Below, one piece after another: positions 1 through 12,362 of a DNA stretch of 64,000 bases. Numbering within the stretch: position 1 is the stretch's first letter; every line of letters starts with the position of its first letter. The notes under the pieces were generated by a model, which was not told where the DNA came from, did no database searches, and was given only the letters and a program-made list of their open reading frames with translations. Where the stretch lies: contig CM069147.1 of NCBI GenBank assembly GCA_035221665.1, forward strand, positions 11,036,001-11,100,000. The letters run 5' to 3'. Position numbers and translations under genes: made by a program. This DNA comes from Okamejei kenojei. Its lineage: Eukaryota.

Positions 1-305
1 CAGTCGGAACCTTTCTCGAAGGGTGGAAATGTCAAAGACTAGAGGGCATAGTTTTAATCTGAGAGGGAAATAGTTTAAAAGAGCTGTGCGGGGCAGGTTT
101 TTTAAACATTTTGGGTGCATGGAACACGCAGCAAGGGGTATTGATGGAGGCAGATATAGTCTTTTAAATATATGCATGGATGTGCAGGGAAGGGTGGAAT
201 ATGGATCGCGTGCAGGCAGAGGAGATTAGTTTATCTTGGCAGCATGTTCAACATGGATATTGTGGATCAAAGGGCCTGTCCAGTGCTGTACTCTTCCATT
301 TTCTA
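1..305 (+). mobile_element. CR1-type LINE 3' fragment
   Basis: Contains ...actagagggcatag... (TRGH motif), a ...gcatggaac... (AWN) remnant and a 3' UTR ending in aagggcctgtccagtgctgtactct, shared with other CR1 tails in the window. Confidence 0.75.
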
Positions 306-2414
306 TGTACAAGAAGGTTCAAGATTTGTAATGCATTTCTTAGTGCAGATTGAATGTGTAAATATGATAATTTCAAAGGTAACATTTATTTATAGCGTAA
401 CTCCATGAAATTGATCTTTTTCGTAGATTTCCATGCAGTCCTGACCTTTCTTGCCGATTATAACACTTTGTGCAAGTCACCAGCCGGTTACGGTATTACA
501 GGTCGCCTTCAATTTATGAATGCCTATCTCTTGTACCGTCTATGCACATGACCGAGCACTAGGGGGACGGATGGATTTGTTGATTGCGGGGCTGCAGAAA
601 TCTTCAGCGGGCAGGAACTTGGTCCGTGGCAATATCTGAATGGTTGAGTTAAGCACCTGTGTTTAATTACATATTGTCCTTGGTTGGAGTGTGTTTCTAT
701 TTAAATATATTGCCGGGTGGCCACATTGCTCACTTGTGTTACGAACAGTTCTTAGATACCTAATCCTGTCATAATCTGCAGTACTCTTCTGCATTAAAAA
801 TCAGTTGTTTGAATGTAGTAAGTTCATTATATTATCATCATACCTAAACATCTGATCTGGATGCTTCTGATGAGACAAAAATGTTTTAAAGGGCCATTAC
901 CTGGTATATTAAATGTACGAGGTGTTTTTGAATTCTCATGTCATTAAACATGCAATGGATTTCCGCTGAGGAGGATGTTCTGTTTTAAATGATCAACTAA
1001 TAAAAAGATTTGACTGCTGTCCGAATTGCATGATGCTTTTTACAGGAAGTTCACTAAATAGCAGATCTGGAACCAAACCCCAAAACAGATGCACTTAATT
1101 TTGATTTAATATAATCAGTTCATAAACGCACCTCAGGCTGAGTATTCTGTGGTGATTGGCTTGTTTTCTAGCTCCTTGAAGTCACTGTCCTGAAACTCTT
1201 CTCTATTAATGATACCACAAAGCTGTAGTGCATTGTATTTATAATATGTATTGCTCACTTCATCAATGCTTTTTTCCTTCAAAAAAAGTAGCGTTCAAAT
1301 CTGCTGCTTCCACCAGCAATGTGAGACTTCCAAGTTCATCTTGAATATATGTCAAGTTTGATAGTGTCATTCACTATCAAACTTGACATATATTCCCTTT
1401 TCATTCCAGCTGAGTCACCCAGTTTATCAACAGCAAGAATGTACAATGACCATTTAGGAGTGTGCTATGCTCCTTCAGGTTCTATTGAAGTATGAAAAGG
1501 TGTGGTCATGTATGGAAGCCATCATGGTCTGCTGCTGCTGTCACCATGTTTCACACCTACTTGGGTGAACTAGAATTTCTAGGTCTCTTGAGTGATTTTT
1601 TGGAAAATATAACCAGATTAGCCACAAGCTGACTCGCCCCCTAATAAAACTGGAGCACCTTATCTTCAGGACTGCTGGTATTCAGGACGTTAAAACATTG
1701 TGGGTTGGCATTAAATACCAATGTTTACTGATGCTTATAGGAGAATTGAAGATACATTTTTGAATAACCCCCAACCAGCAGCATGCACGTGCATATAACC
1801 AAATATCCTTTTTAATATATCAAAAACCCAACTTTTTAAGATACAGTGAGCCTGATTGTGCTTAGATCTCTGTAAAATTATGAACTTGCATTTGTGCACT
1901 GCTGTTCTGTAACCAAGTTGTTCTTATATGGTTAAATAGTGGACTGGGCCAGCCATTGGTGACAGTCTTATAGATTGAAAAGTACTATCCTGGAAGGAGA
2001 AAAGTGGTTTTGATGGTAACTAAAGCATATTGAAATGTTTTAAGGCAAAAATAATTCTCACATTTAATCGTAAGATCAACATAGAATCGTGAAATGGTAC
2101 AAGAGTGAAATTGTCCTTTTTTTGGTTCATCTCTTCAAAATCAGCCATGATGCCTATCTTTGTTAATCACATTTGCCTGCATTTTGTCCATATTCGTTTT
2201 GAGTTTTCTATCCAGGCACCGATACAATTGCCTTTTAAATGTTATTGTATCTGCATTGAACACTTCTTTTGTTAGCTCCTTCTAGATATTTTTCACCCGA
2301 TGTGATAAACGTACCCATCAAATTCTACTTAAGGACCTTCTAATGGTAATGTTGAAATAAAATACAATAATATTTTACAGGATACTTAAAGCATATGTAT
2401 ATTTTGACTTTCAG

Positions 2415-2577
2415 TACATCATCGTTGCCTTCCTTAGATTGGCCCTTGCCAAGTCAGTATATGCAGTATGATCTAAAGATTGAAATGCAGCCGAAGACTC
2501 ATCACAGGGCTCACTACGAGACTGAAGGGAGTCGAGGAGCAGTGAAGTCCTCTTCAGGTGGACACCCGGTTGTTAAG
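2415..2577 (+). CDS. NFATC3: NFATC3 coding exon (probably exon 3), start of Rel-homology domain
   Basis: tttcag|t acceptor, aag|gtactt donor, 163 bp. Encodes [14 protein letters not shown]...[20 protein letters not shown]...GHPVVK, which contains the NFAT DNA-recognition loop RAHYETEG. Confidence 0.97.
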
Positions 2578-4101
2578 GTACTTATTTTGCTAGTTTGCTG
2601 GCAAGAGCTGGTTGTTTACCATTGGTGTTTTAATTGTGTACTATTTTCTATGTGACATTTAGTCGACGGTTACATTCCAGATTCCTTCCCATATTGGTAA
2701 CAGGATACACAGTTTCTGAGAATTTAAGTAAGAGATCTATTGCTTCTGTTCATTTTTTGATATAGTTCTGCAAATGTAATACTGATTTGTTTCACCAATG
2801 CTCTAATTAATATTGCATGAATTTTCCCTGGTTTGTCAAATGTTTCTTTAAGTTTTAGGCGGGTGAAGGGAAAGCAGAACCACTAATTTTCATGTTATTT
2901 GTATCACTTATTGTCATTCTGTAAAAGGATATCTTATTTATCATTGGTGGTGATGTCACGTGGACTACAAGTAAAGCATCACCTGTTGATGCATTGCAAA
3001 TGAAGCAGCATGGACAATTGATTGTTACTATGGTTTCATTGTGTTAATAAAGTTTCATATTCTCTTACCTGTTAGCAGATGTCACTACTGTGGTATTCTG
3101 AATGACTTTTTTTAGAAATATGATTACTGCATGGAGGAAAAAATAAATAGTTTAAAGTTTAACATTTAATGGCGTGCATATATGCAAATGTGTGAATGTA
3201 ATCTGTTTTCCATTACTCTGCGATGGTGACTTAATTTTTTAAGACTCTTTTCCTAATGTGCTTGCCTTGAACATGTATATATTTTGGTGTAAATCAAATT
3301 TTTTGAATTATGTTGTACATTTGCGATTTGCTTCCAACTTCATTACTTTTGATTTAGCTTAACCTCAAATTGGCATTTTTATCAATGTGGCTGACTGCAT
3401 TTGGGAATCTTGTAAGGAAAGAAAGCAAAAGCTTTCCGCAAATTCTGTTCGTATTGTAGTTTTAATCTTCTATTTGAACCAGCCCTTTGGTTCTGCTGAT
3501 GATTCTGGAATTGCTCTTTTTTTAGAACAATTAAAATTTTATTGTGCAATGCTTGTGAAACAAAGTGTTAGAGGATGGTGGTTTATTTATAAACTAATAT
3601 TGGGGAAAGAAGCCAAGATTGAATGCTACTTTTCAAGCCCAGAGTTTTAATTCCCCTCTTTTTCGAGTGTTTGTGGTGTTGTGGTAAAAGCAATCACCCA
3701 CACTGTCCATTCTTCAGCTCAAACAGGTGCATTATTGCAATTGCTCTTAAACTTGCAAATGGGAAAGATTATGAATGGTTGTTGAGAATACAGTTTTAAA
3801 CATTTTCGTAAACAAAGTACATTATCTTGGCTTTGCTTTATTATTGTCACGTGTATTAAAGTACAGTGTAAATTTTTTTTGCATGCTGCAAGGCATTCCA
3901 TACAGTCAAACCATACGCAATATAACAATTAGTGCAAATAATACAGTGTTACAGCAATGGAGAAGTGTAAATAAACAAAACTGTGCAAGGGTCACTGAGA
4001 TACATTGGGAGATTGGGACTGCCCCGTTAGCTTACAAGGGGTCCATTTCATTGCTGATAATGGCAGCGATGAAACTGCTTCTGAACCTGATACTATGTGC
4101 T

Positions 4102-4145
4102 TGCCAGCTTTAGTATTTTCTGCCAGCTTTAGTATTTTCTGCCAG
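4102..4145. repeat. 19-bp tandem duplication
   Basis: tgccagctttagtattttc twice, followed by tgccag. Confidence 0.9.
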
Positions 4146-4539
4146 ATGGGTGAAGGGGGAAGACACTTAGCTACTTTCCTGAGGCATATCTCCCGGGGAC
4201 CCAGGTGGTCTTATTTGACAAGCACTGGGACTCTATACAATCTCAGTTTAACTACTGTGGGTGTCTCCCTCCCCTGCTATCCCTTCTTCAGGATTCCACT
4301 CAAGCCCCTCCCATGTGCCTTGCTCGGGCCCCTTACCCCCTTCATTGCACACAATTCTTCCCGTGCTACAATGTTTTTGCGTGACTTAACTGGAATGATT
4401 TTGTCTATTTATGTGAAATATACCTCTGCAATCCTGACCCCAGTTATCTTAAATTTGTATGTCTGTATTCTTGTCCCAAATGTATTGGTATACTTGCAAA
4501 CCGATAAAGGCAATCTCTGTTAACTGCTTACGACCAGAG

Positions 4540-4760
4540 ACATAGAAAAAAAAAATAGGTGCAGGAGTAGGCCATTCGGCCCTTCGAGCCTGCACCGCCA
4601 TTCAATATGATCATGGCTGATCATCCAACTTGGTATCCCTTACCTGCCTTCTCTCCATACCCTCTGATCCCTTTAGCCACAAGGGCCACATCTAACTCCC
4701 TCTTAAATATAGCCAATGAACTGACCTCAACTACCTTCTGTGGCAGAGAATTCCAGAGAC
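4540..4760 (-). mobile_element. CR1 LINE 3' end
   Basis: ataggtgcaggagtaggccattcggcccttcgagcc is the reverse complement of the CR1 tail seen at about 37800-37860. Confidence 0.85.
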
Positions 4761-4814
4761 ATACCATCATAATGAATCTGCGAAGATGATTTTAGAATTT
4801 TGTTACTTTAGAGA

Positions 4815-5105
4815 TCTAGCGTGGTACAGGTCCTTCAGCCCATTGAATCCACACCAACAAATGATCACCCATTCACTTGTTCTATGGTATCCCACGCTCG
4901 TATACTGCACACAAGGGCCAATTTACAGAAACCAATTAACTTACAAACCTGCCCGTCTTTAGGATGTGGGAGGAAACCGGAGCAACCGGAGGAAACCCAC
5001 GTGTTCACAGGGAGAACGTAAAAATGTTGCACACAGCAACCGAGGTCAGGATCAAACTTTGGTCTCTGGCTCTGCGAGGCAGCAGCTCTGCCACTGTGCT
5101 GCCCT
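4815..5105 (-). mobile_element. tRNA-derived V-SINE (HE1-like)
   Basis: V-domain core gtgggaggaaaccggagcaaccggaggaaacccacg; a diverged reverse-complement copy of the SINE at 21103-21400. Confidence 0.85.
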
Positions 5106-6085
5106 TGACTGACATGTTTTGTTACTGGAAATAGAACTTTAATATGTAGTTTGTTACTACTTCATTGTCTTTCCTGTTTTTGCCTTTTTAAAAGCTGTGG
5201 CTTAAAACTTTTCCCCACCCCCACCCCCAAATTCTTTGTAGGAAAATGAGTCAAAACATCGCCGAGCACATTTTCAAAATTAATTCTGACATAAAACTGA
5301 AATACATTGAATAATTCAGAAAAGATGCTCCCAGATGTTACCCCTGGCTTTATTGCCACTGCATCTTGAACTCTCTTTATGACTCTTGATATTGTCTTTT
5401 TTGTGTTTTCATTAGTCAGTTTCTTTGTTTTCCATTGAACAAAACATCTACAAATAATGTCACATGCAATGACTCTGTCACTTTATCCTTGGAATGATTT
5501 GCCTGTTTGGTAGATGAACTGTGAACATTTCAGTTTATATACAAGCTTAAGTATGCCACATGAGTCAAATACAGTTTAAATGGAGAATTGAAAAAAATAA
5601 TGTTCAGGTCCACTCCATTTTATCTATTATGCTATGATAGCTGAAATGGATATTGTTAAACACTTATCAGCTCTGATGCATGGGTATATGTCCGTTATTG
5701 GGGTTTGGGACATCGCTGGGAAGGCTAGCATTGTCACGACTAATTGTCCTTGAGTAGTGGTAACCTAACACCTTGAATTGCAGTCATTCTACTGGTGAAG
5801 GAGCTTTCACCGTTGCATTAGCTTGGGAAATCCAGGATTTAGACCAGTGACAAAAATGTGAGGGTGGCGTGTTTCTAAGCTGGAAAGGCGTAGGACATGG
5901 AGGGAATGTTGCGAGCATGTCTCTGAAACCGTTGTCCTGCCTGATGGGGGCATTGTGCATGTAGAACTATCGGCCGGAGCAGCCTCAGTGTTTGTTAGCT
6001 GCAATGTGCTTGTGCTCTCAGAGAAAAATGACTAGAATAATAAAATGGCTCCTGTACAGAGGGAAGCTATTTGACGTACATCTAT

Positions 6086-6874
6086 CAGACCTCCCAACTA
6101 TCCCGCTTTTGGCGGGATATTCCCGCTTTTTAGGTTCCCTTCCCGCCATTCCGATTTGTAACCTAATTATCCCGCTAAATTGTTCCTCCCGTGGTGAACG
6201 CCGGCGCCATGTGTCCCCGGTTTGCCGGCCCGCGCGATCAGCGGCACTTTGCCGGCCCTAGTGGCCGCGCGTGCGCAGTGGGTGAGGGTTGCCGGGCCCC
6301 AGTGGCCGCGCGTGCGCAGTGGGTGAGGGTTGCCGGGCCCCAGTGGCCGCGCGTGCGCAGTGGGGGAGGGTTGCCGGGCCTGGCGCCATTTCGAGCCACG
6401 CCACGCCTGGCCCAGAGCCCATGCGGCGCCGGCCCGCGCGATCAGCGGCACTTTCTTGCCGGCAGCCGGCCGCTCGCGGCAGCCCCATCACCGGGCCTCC
6501 CCCCCACCCCCACCCAGTGCGCAGGCGCAGACCCGCCGGCAACCTTGCCAAGTGCGCATGTGCCGCACCCGCCCGCCGGCAGCCCGCTGATCTGCACCAG
6601 TGCGCAGGCGCATAGCCGCCGGCAACAACCCCAAGTGAGAGAAATGAAGGTGAGTCTAGTGCCAAGTTTATCAAAGTTTAACAAAGAATTATAAATGTTT
6701 CAGCATACATGTACCTTTTTCACATTTTGGCATTTAAAATACTTCTTCACAATTTAGAATTTGTGACATGGGACCCCGAATAGGGCGCCGCGACATATTA
6801 TGAATTTTCATTTAAAAATATGAATTTTGAGGGGAAGTATTATGAATTTTGACAATCAAATGTTGGGAGGTCTG
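6086..6874. mobile_element. Non-autonomous DNA transposon (MITE-like) with 13-bp TIR and 6-bp TSD
   Basis: TIR cagacctcccaac (6086-6098) and gttgggaggtctg (6862-6874); atctat duplicated at 6080-6085 and 6875-6880; subterminal repeats tcccgc (left) and tatgaatttt x3 (right). Confidence 0.9.
6256..6380. repeat. 41-bp GC-rich minisatellite, 3 copies
   Basis: agtggccgcgcgtgcgcagtgggtgagggttgccgggcccc recurs at 6260, 6301 and 6342. Confidence 0.95.
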
Positions 6875-9299
6875 ATCTATGATAACTTTGGAGCAACTCC
6901 AGTTTTCCCCATTAACTGTTTTTGCAAATTCTTTCCACCATATTCAATTACTGATTTTATGTGTTGTGGATGGGGTACAAATCTTTGTCCCAGATTATTT
7001 AAATCCTCTTGAAAGTTGAACTAGACTTCTACTGACAGATGGAGAATATTCCAATATATTTCTGATTTGTATCTTGTAAATGCTGGGAAGGTTTTGAAAT
7101 GTCAGGTTTGTTATTTGCTGCAGAATACTATGCTCTGAGCACATTCTATTGACAATATATGTACCGTATATGGCTGATACAATGAATTTCTGTTCAGCGG
7201 TGCCCCCAAGGATGTTGACGGTGAATGTTGATGCCATTGAATGTCACGGGTAAATGTTAAGCTCTCTCGTGTTGTACATGGTCATTGTCTGGCAGTCTTG
7301 TGGCATGATAATGTTTTCCATTTATTAGCCCTTGAAAACTGGTTTGAGTTTTGCTTTATGAATACATAGATTGTTTTGTATGCAGGCATTGGTTTTGTTT
7401 GAAAGAGGTTGCGGGTGAAGTTGAAGATTGTGTGTTCTTCAACGAGCATTTTTTGTAACTATAATTCTCCATCCTCTTAAATTCTCTTGGCATCATTTCT
7501 TGCCCTATCACAATGCCCATGTAGCATGATGAGCAGAGTTGTGAGCAATAACTAATGTGGGTATGCAGTCAATATAAAAATGGGAGCGGTAAGTATGGTT
7601 TCTTAAGGAGTGAGATTGCTGTTGATCTGACACTTTTAATTATTTCAGTATCTTGTCAGTAATATGATTTATTGAGAAAGAGTGATGATTAAAACTCGGC
7701 TGGTGTATTTTGTGCAATTCTGTGCATCATAAATTAGGAAATACACCAGATCCCAAGAGTAAAGAAAATTGATCAGAATTGTATCAGAGATGAAGGATCT
7801 CTACTCGTCCTCCTTATAGCAGAGATGCTTATTAAAGGAATATTTAAACTAATGAGTGATTTAGGTTTGAATAAGAAACTAGTTCTGACCTTTTGGAAAT
7901 AATGAACCGAAGAACCAGAGACAACTTTAAAGCAAGGTTATGAAGTGAAATTCACAAATGCTGATTCAATAATATCTTCAAACATAGGAAATGGAGGAAT
8001 ACCTGTTAAGAAACACAGAGCTGAATGGTAGAAGTAGAGGAGTGGGATAAACAGGATAGCTCATCTAAAGAGTAGCTGCGTCTGAATTAATTGAATACTT
8101 ACCTTCATTGCTGGATGATTACACCAAGCTAATTCGCTTTTTCTATATTTCGTGCTGTTATAAAGTTAAAATCAAATGTAATACTCGCAGATTATCAATC
8201 CTTCCAGACAGTCCCAAAAGGCAACTCTTTTGGAGTCTGAACTCCACGCTCCTGACCCGAGTGAAAAGTGGAATCAAAAATGAAAGGTAATACAAATTAA
8301 GCTTTTCCATAAATGACACTTGATGTTTGGACAGCTGTTTATGTTAAATATGGATGGACATCTGTTAACCAAAATGAATAATGGTATTAAATAATACGTA
8401 GGTTGGTACGTGGAATATGTTTCGGATGGATTTTGATCTCTGCGGCTTGGAATAGGCTTGAAGGGCAAAGTTGCCATTGAATCAAGCTATATTATAAAGT
8501 GAAGGGCGTTGTTAAAAAAAAAACCCATGTCTGTGCATACGATGAAATCCTCCATAGGCTTCAATTAAAGCATTTTAGATCGGAGAAGCAGATGTTATGC
8601 TAGACTTGTTCGAAAGTTGATTTAGGTACAATTGGGGCCCAGCATACTCCATAGCATGAGGAAGATTGAAAAGGTATAACGCAGATTTACAAGTTATCGG
8701 AATGGAGCTTTAAACCCATCAGGGAGGACTAAACCAGTTGGAGCTTTATTATCCAGGGAAAAAAGGCTGACAGTAATCTAATCGAGGTCTTTAACATTTT
8801 AATTGGAAGCATGGTTTGGGAATCCCCAAAAGTCATGCCAGATTCTGATTTATTTTAAATGTTCTTTTTTTTTAATACTGGTTAGTCTGTTCTTTTGGCT
8901 ATATGTTAAATTTTCTGCCATATTATTATTCATTACGGTGCTCAGGTGATAGTGCCTTTGAGAGAGGGCGCTTGGCGAATTTAATATTTGCAGGGGTTCC
9001 CCAAACAGGAAAATCAAGACAAATGCCAAGTAATTAAGTTCTCAGCTTTCATGCATCTCAGAGCTTCCATTCAGTTACCAACAAAAAAGGGGACTTTCTG
9101 AATTAATGTTTTGAAACCTTAATTGTCATCCAGAATTAGTTAAGGTATTTTCATACTTTTTATCGAATGAAGCAACCTTGAGGCATGAGGTCTCTTTTGG
9201 TTTAAGGGTGGGAGCATTAGTCTATCTAAGATTACCTACAATTTGCAGCGTAATGAAAATTCATGACCTGCATTGCTTTAGATATCGAATGGTCATTTG

Positions 9300-9755
9300 T
9301 AAAGTTGGATTAGGGCTCATCTTTTGACTAACTGTAGTTGGGAGGAGAAAGAAGGGTAAGAGGTGAGGCCAGGGCAAACTCAGGCAAGTGATAGGTGAAT
9401 GAAGGGTGAGGGGGGTTTGGTTGGTAGATGGGTGGACAAGAGCCTGAAGTGAAAAAGGGACATTAGTCTGTGAGATAAGGAGAGGAGGTGCATGAATTGT
9501 GAGGCCAGAGCAAAGGATGTATATGGAAGGGGGCAGAGTGAAGAGGAAAGGGAGGGTGGGGGAGTGCAATAGTGGGAGAAGTGGGTGTGCATCCAGCTGG
9601 GCACAAGGAAGAGAGGGGGGGGGAGAAATGGATGGGGCGGGGTGTAGTGTTGATTCATTAATTAAAATTAGAGAATTGAATGTTCTCCCTGTTAGTCTGG
9701 AAGAGATCCAGTGAAATAGAGGTGCTATTCCTCCAGTTTGTGTGTGGTCATCATA
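9300..9755 (-). mobile_element. Degraded Penelope-like element 3' fragment
   Basis: 9665-9750 resembles the end of the GIY-YIG ORF of the element at 16685-18520 (gagaattgaatgttc ... aggtgctattcctccagttt), followed by the same purine-rich UTR. Confidence 0.6.
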
Positions 9756-10131
9756 TTTAGCTATGGTTTCATTAATGATATAGTCAGAATACTTCAATTA
9801 TTACTTAATCAATTACAGTTATCACAGTGTATGATTAGGCAGGAATGTTCAGAGTACAGGCAGAAATATGATGTTATGCAATCATTAACTCCCACGTATC
9901 ACTGGAATTAGCAGCACGCACTTCACTTTGAAGAATGATTCTAGTGCAGTCAGCATAAGCAGCTGTCACGTGCCTCCACGTACAGTATTTTTGTTTTCTC
10001 AGCATCCCTCAGAGAAATATTGCTCTTGAAGTTATGTCAGCCTCAAGATCTTGGGCACACGAGTACTTAATAAAAAAGAGATAAAGTTAGAGTTCCCTGA
10101 TGCACAGGCTTTTGTATGTTTATGGTAGTAG

Positions 10132-10235
10132 CAGAGCTCTCACTTTTCTTTTTTCTCTGTTGCCAGCCGGGCAACATTTGCAGCTTTTTAGGTTGCCAGA
10201 TGACAGTTTAGGCTGTCATTTAAGACGGCTTGCAT
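10132..10235. mobile_element. Truncated end of the hAT-like element found at 13641-14627
   Basis: cagagctctcactt...tgttgccagccgggcaac...atgacagtttagg...tcatttaagac aligns with 13641-13740. Confidence 0.8.
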
Positions 10236-10684
10236 GTTCATTTCAAGTAGAGCATTGTGCAAGTAATTTGAACATCCTACATTCTCAGTGCCATCAATGG
10301 ATGCGTTGAAATTTTCATGGAGTTGAGAAATTGCATGTATATTATCCAAGCAATACGGAGAGTTTGTTCATGATAGAGCATATTTATTAACCAACCTGTT
10401 TCAAATAGGTATCAAGCTTCTGAACAATGAATAGAAATGATAAAGTGAATTGCAGTGTATCCCCATATTATGGCCCTTCTAGTGACAGAAATTCACCAAA
10501 GCAGAAGTTATAAATTACCACCAAAAAAATTGAATTGCAGTATGAAAATTTGCTCTTCAGAGAATTTACATGAGAAAATAATAAATGGAAGATGTTAAAG
10601 AAATAGCAAATCTTGAAAATTTTTATCAAGGGTTCACAGTATGGAAAATGGCAATGCCTATGGGGTTTTCTTTAGGAACACGTC

Positions 10685-11320
10685 AAGTTTTATTTGTCAC
10701 TTGCACATAAAGTGCAAGTGAAATTAATTTACCAGCAGCGGTACAATAAAAGAACATGCAACACACAATAAAAATTTAACATAAACATCCACCACAACAT
10801 TCATCACTGTGGTGGAAGGCACAAAATTTGGCCGGTCCTCCTCCATTTTCCCCTGTGGTCGGAACCTCAACCCTCCGTAGTCGCCGCTGCGGGCGTCCAG
10901 ATGTTCAGACCATGTAAGTTCCGTTAAGTCCTGAATCGGTGCCTCCCCACCGGAGACTGCAGCTTCAAGTTGGTGTAGGCCGCAGGCCGGCAGTCGAAGA
11001 TTTAAAATCCCCGCCGTGCCGCAGCCGGAAGCGCCGCAGACCCAGCGGTCGGAGTTCATCTCCTCGCTGTGCCCACTGCTGAAGCCCCGGGCACGTCTCC
11101 GGGAAAGGCCACACCTATCCTCGATGTTAGGCCATGGGGGAGGCGACGTTGAAAAAGTCGCCTCTCCGTGGAGGCAGTGACCAAAACTGTTTCCCCAATA
11201 TCCCCCACACAAGACACACTGAGAAACATAAAAAAACACACGTTAAGATGCACTAAAAAAACAAAAGTAGAAAAACTAACGCTGATGGCAGGGCTGCCGG
11301 CTTGCAGCGCCCCCACCGAC
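10685..11320 (-). mobile_element. GC-rich non-coding retroposon with a LINE-like (Rex1/L2-type) 3' stem-loop tail
   Basis: Tail tttatttgtcacttgcac-ataaa-gtgcaagtga forms a 10-bp stem, adjoining a CpG-rich body; related to 45900-46145. Confidence 0.6.
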
Positions 11321-12289
11321 CTATTAGTCTGTGTCACTGGGATGGGATGTACACACTCTGTAACACATTTTATAATTTTTGATCAAATGCTACTCTTAGC
11401 ACACAAAATCCAGTTCATTTGTATTTGGTTCCAATTTGAAAGTAAACATCAACATTTGCAGCTGTAGAGGCTCGAAGGGCTGAATGGCCTACTCCTGCAC
11501 CTAATTTCTATGTTTCTAGATTTGTACAGGAATTGGCTTCATATTCAGCTAACATCATTATATTTGTCATTCTTCAGGGTAGAATGTCCTACATGAATGA
11601 GGTGCTTTCCACTGAGAGGAAAGGGGATTTGCAGATACTACTAGGCTTTCTATGCAGCCTGCTTGAATGGCATTGGCAGAGAAATCCTAATTGTAATGTA
11701 AACATTAGTGTCGTCTAGGGAGCATGTGACCAAAATAGAAATCTGGGCAGCTGTTGAAGTCGCATGATTCCCAGATGTCAAAATGATTTGAAATTGGGTT
11801 TGTCGCCTTTTTTAAATGTTGAGGACATGTGCTCGGAAATCGAATCCAAATGCTAGGATTCCAAGTAAATTAATTGCTCATTCGTTGTCATCTAAAATAT
11901 GGAGTTACAACAAAACATGAGCTTCTTTCCAGATTTAATAAAAAAAATTGCCACATGTAGAATTAATGTGAAATATTAGTTTACTGTGCTGAAAACAACG
12001 TGCTTGTTGGGACCATTGCGCAACTTCTGTAGTTGTGCATTTACAGAAAATTCTGTTGCACACCTTTAACATGCTCTCTCTCTAGCTTTAGTACATGTAT
12101 CCAATTTTGTTATTTTGAGGCTTCTGGAAAGCAGCCAAACACAATTCCCCTCCACCTCGCCATGTGTGGTTGTTTACAACCATTTGCCTTTTCATTTACT
12201 GTTATTCCCAGGTTACCTTTGCAGGTAGGAATGCTATTTTTACCTCAGCAGACAAAATGATTTCCACTTCCCTTGACACTGATGCCAAA

Positions 12290-12362
12290 TATAACCATAT
12301 AACCATATAACAATTACAGCACGGAAACAGGCCCTCTCGGCCCTTCCAGTCCGTGCCGACCA
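12290..12362 (-). mobile_element. Young CR1 subfamily 3' tail
   Basis: (ataaccat)n followed by aacaattacagcacggaaacaggccctctcggccc, identical to 23150-23215. Confidence 0.85.

Larger units (their letters stand above)
5700..7480 (-). mobile_element. Old CR1/L2-class LINE remnant, interrupted by the DNA transposon at 6086-6874
   Basis: 5700-5860 is a reverse-complement match to the LINE tail at 18785-19160 (ttccaggatttagaccagt). 7200-7330 resembles post-RT coding sequence (W...KCQ.MT) on the minus strand. Confidence 0.5.

Noticed and set aside
6256-6380. CRISPR-like array
   Set aside because: Head-to-tail repeats with no unique spacers, no cas genes and a vertebrate intronic context.
6167-6694. 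Six overlapping ORFs (80-167 aa) as standalone genes
   Set aside because: They arise from high GC content and a 41-bp repeat inside a TIR element; there is no recognisable domain.
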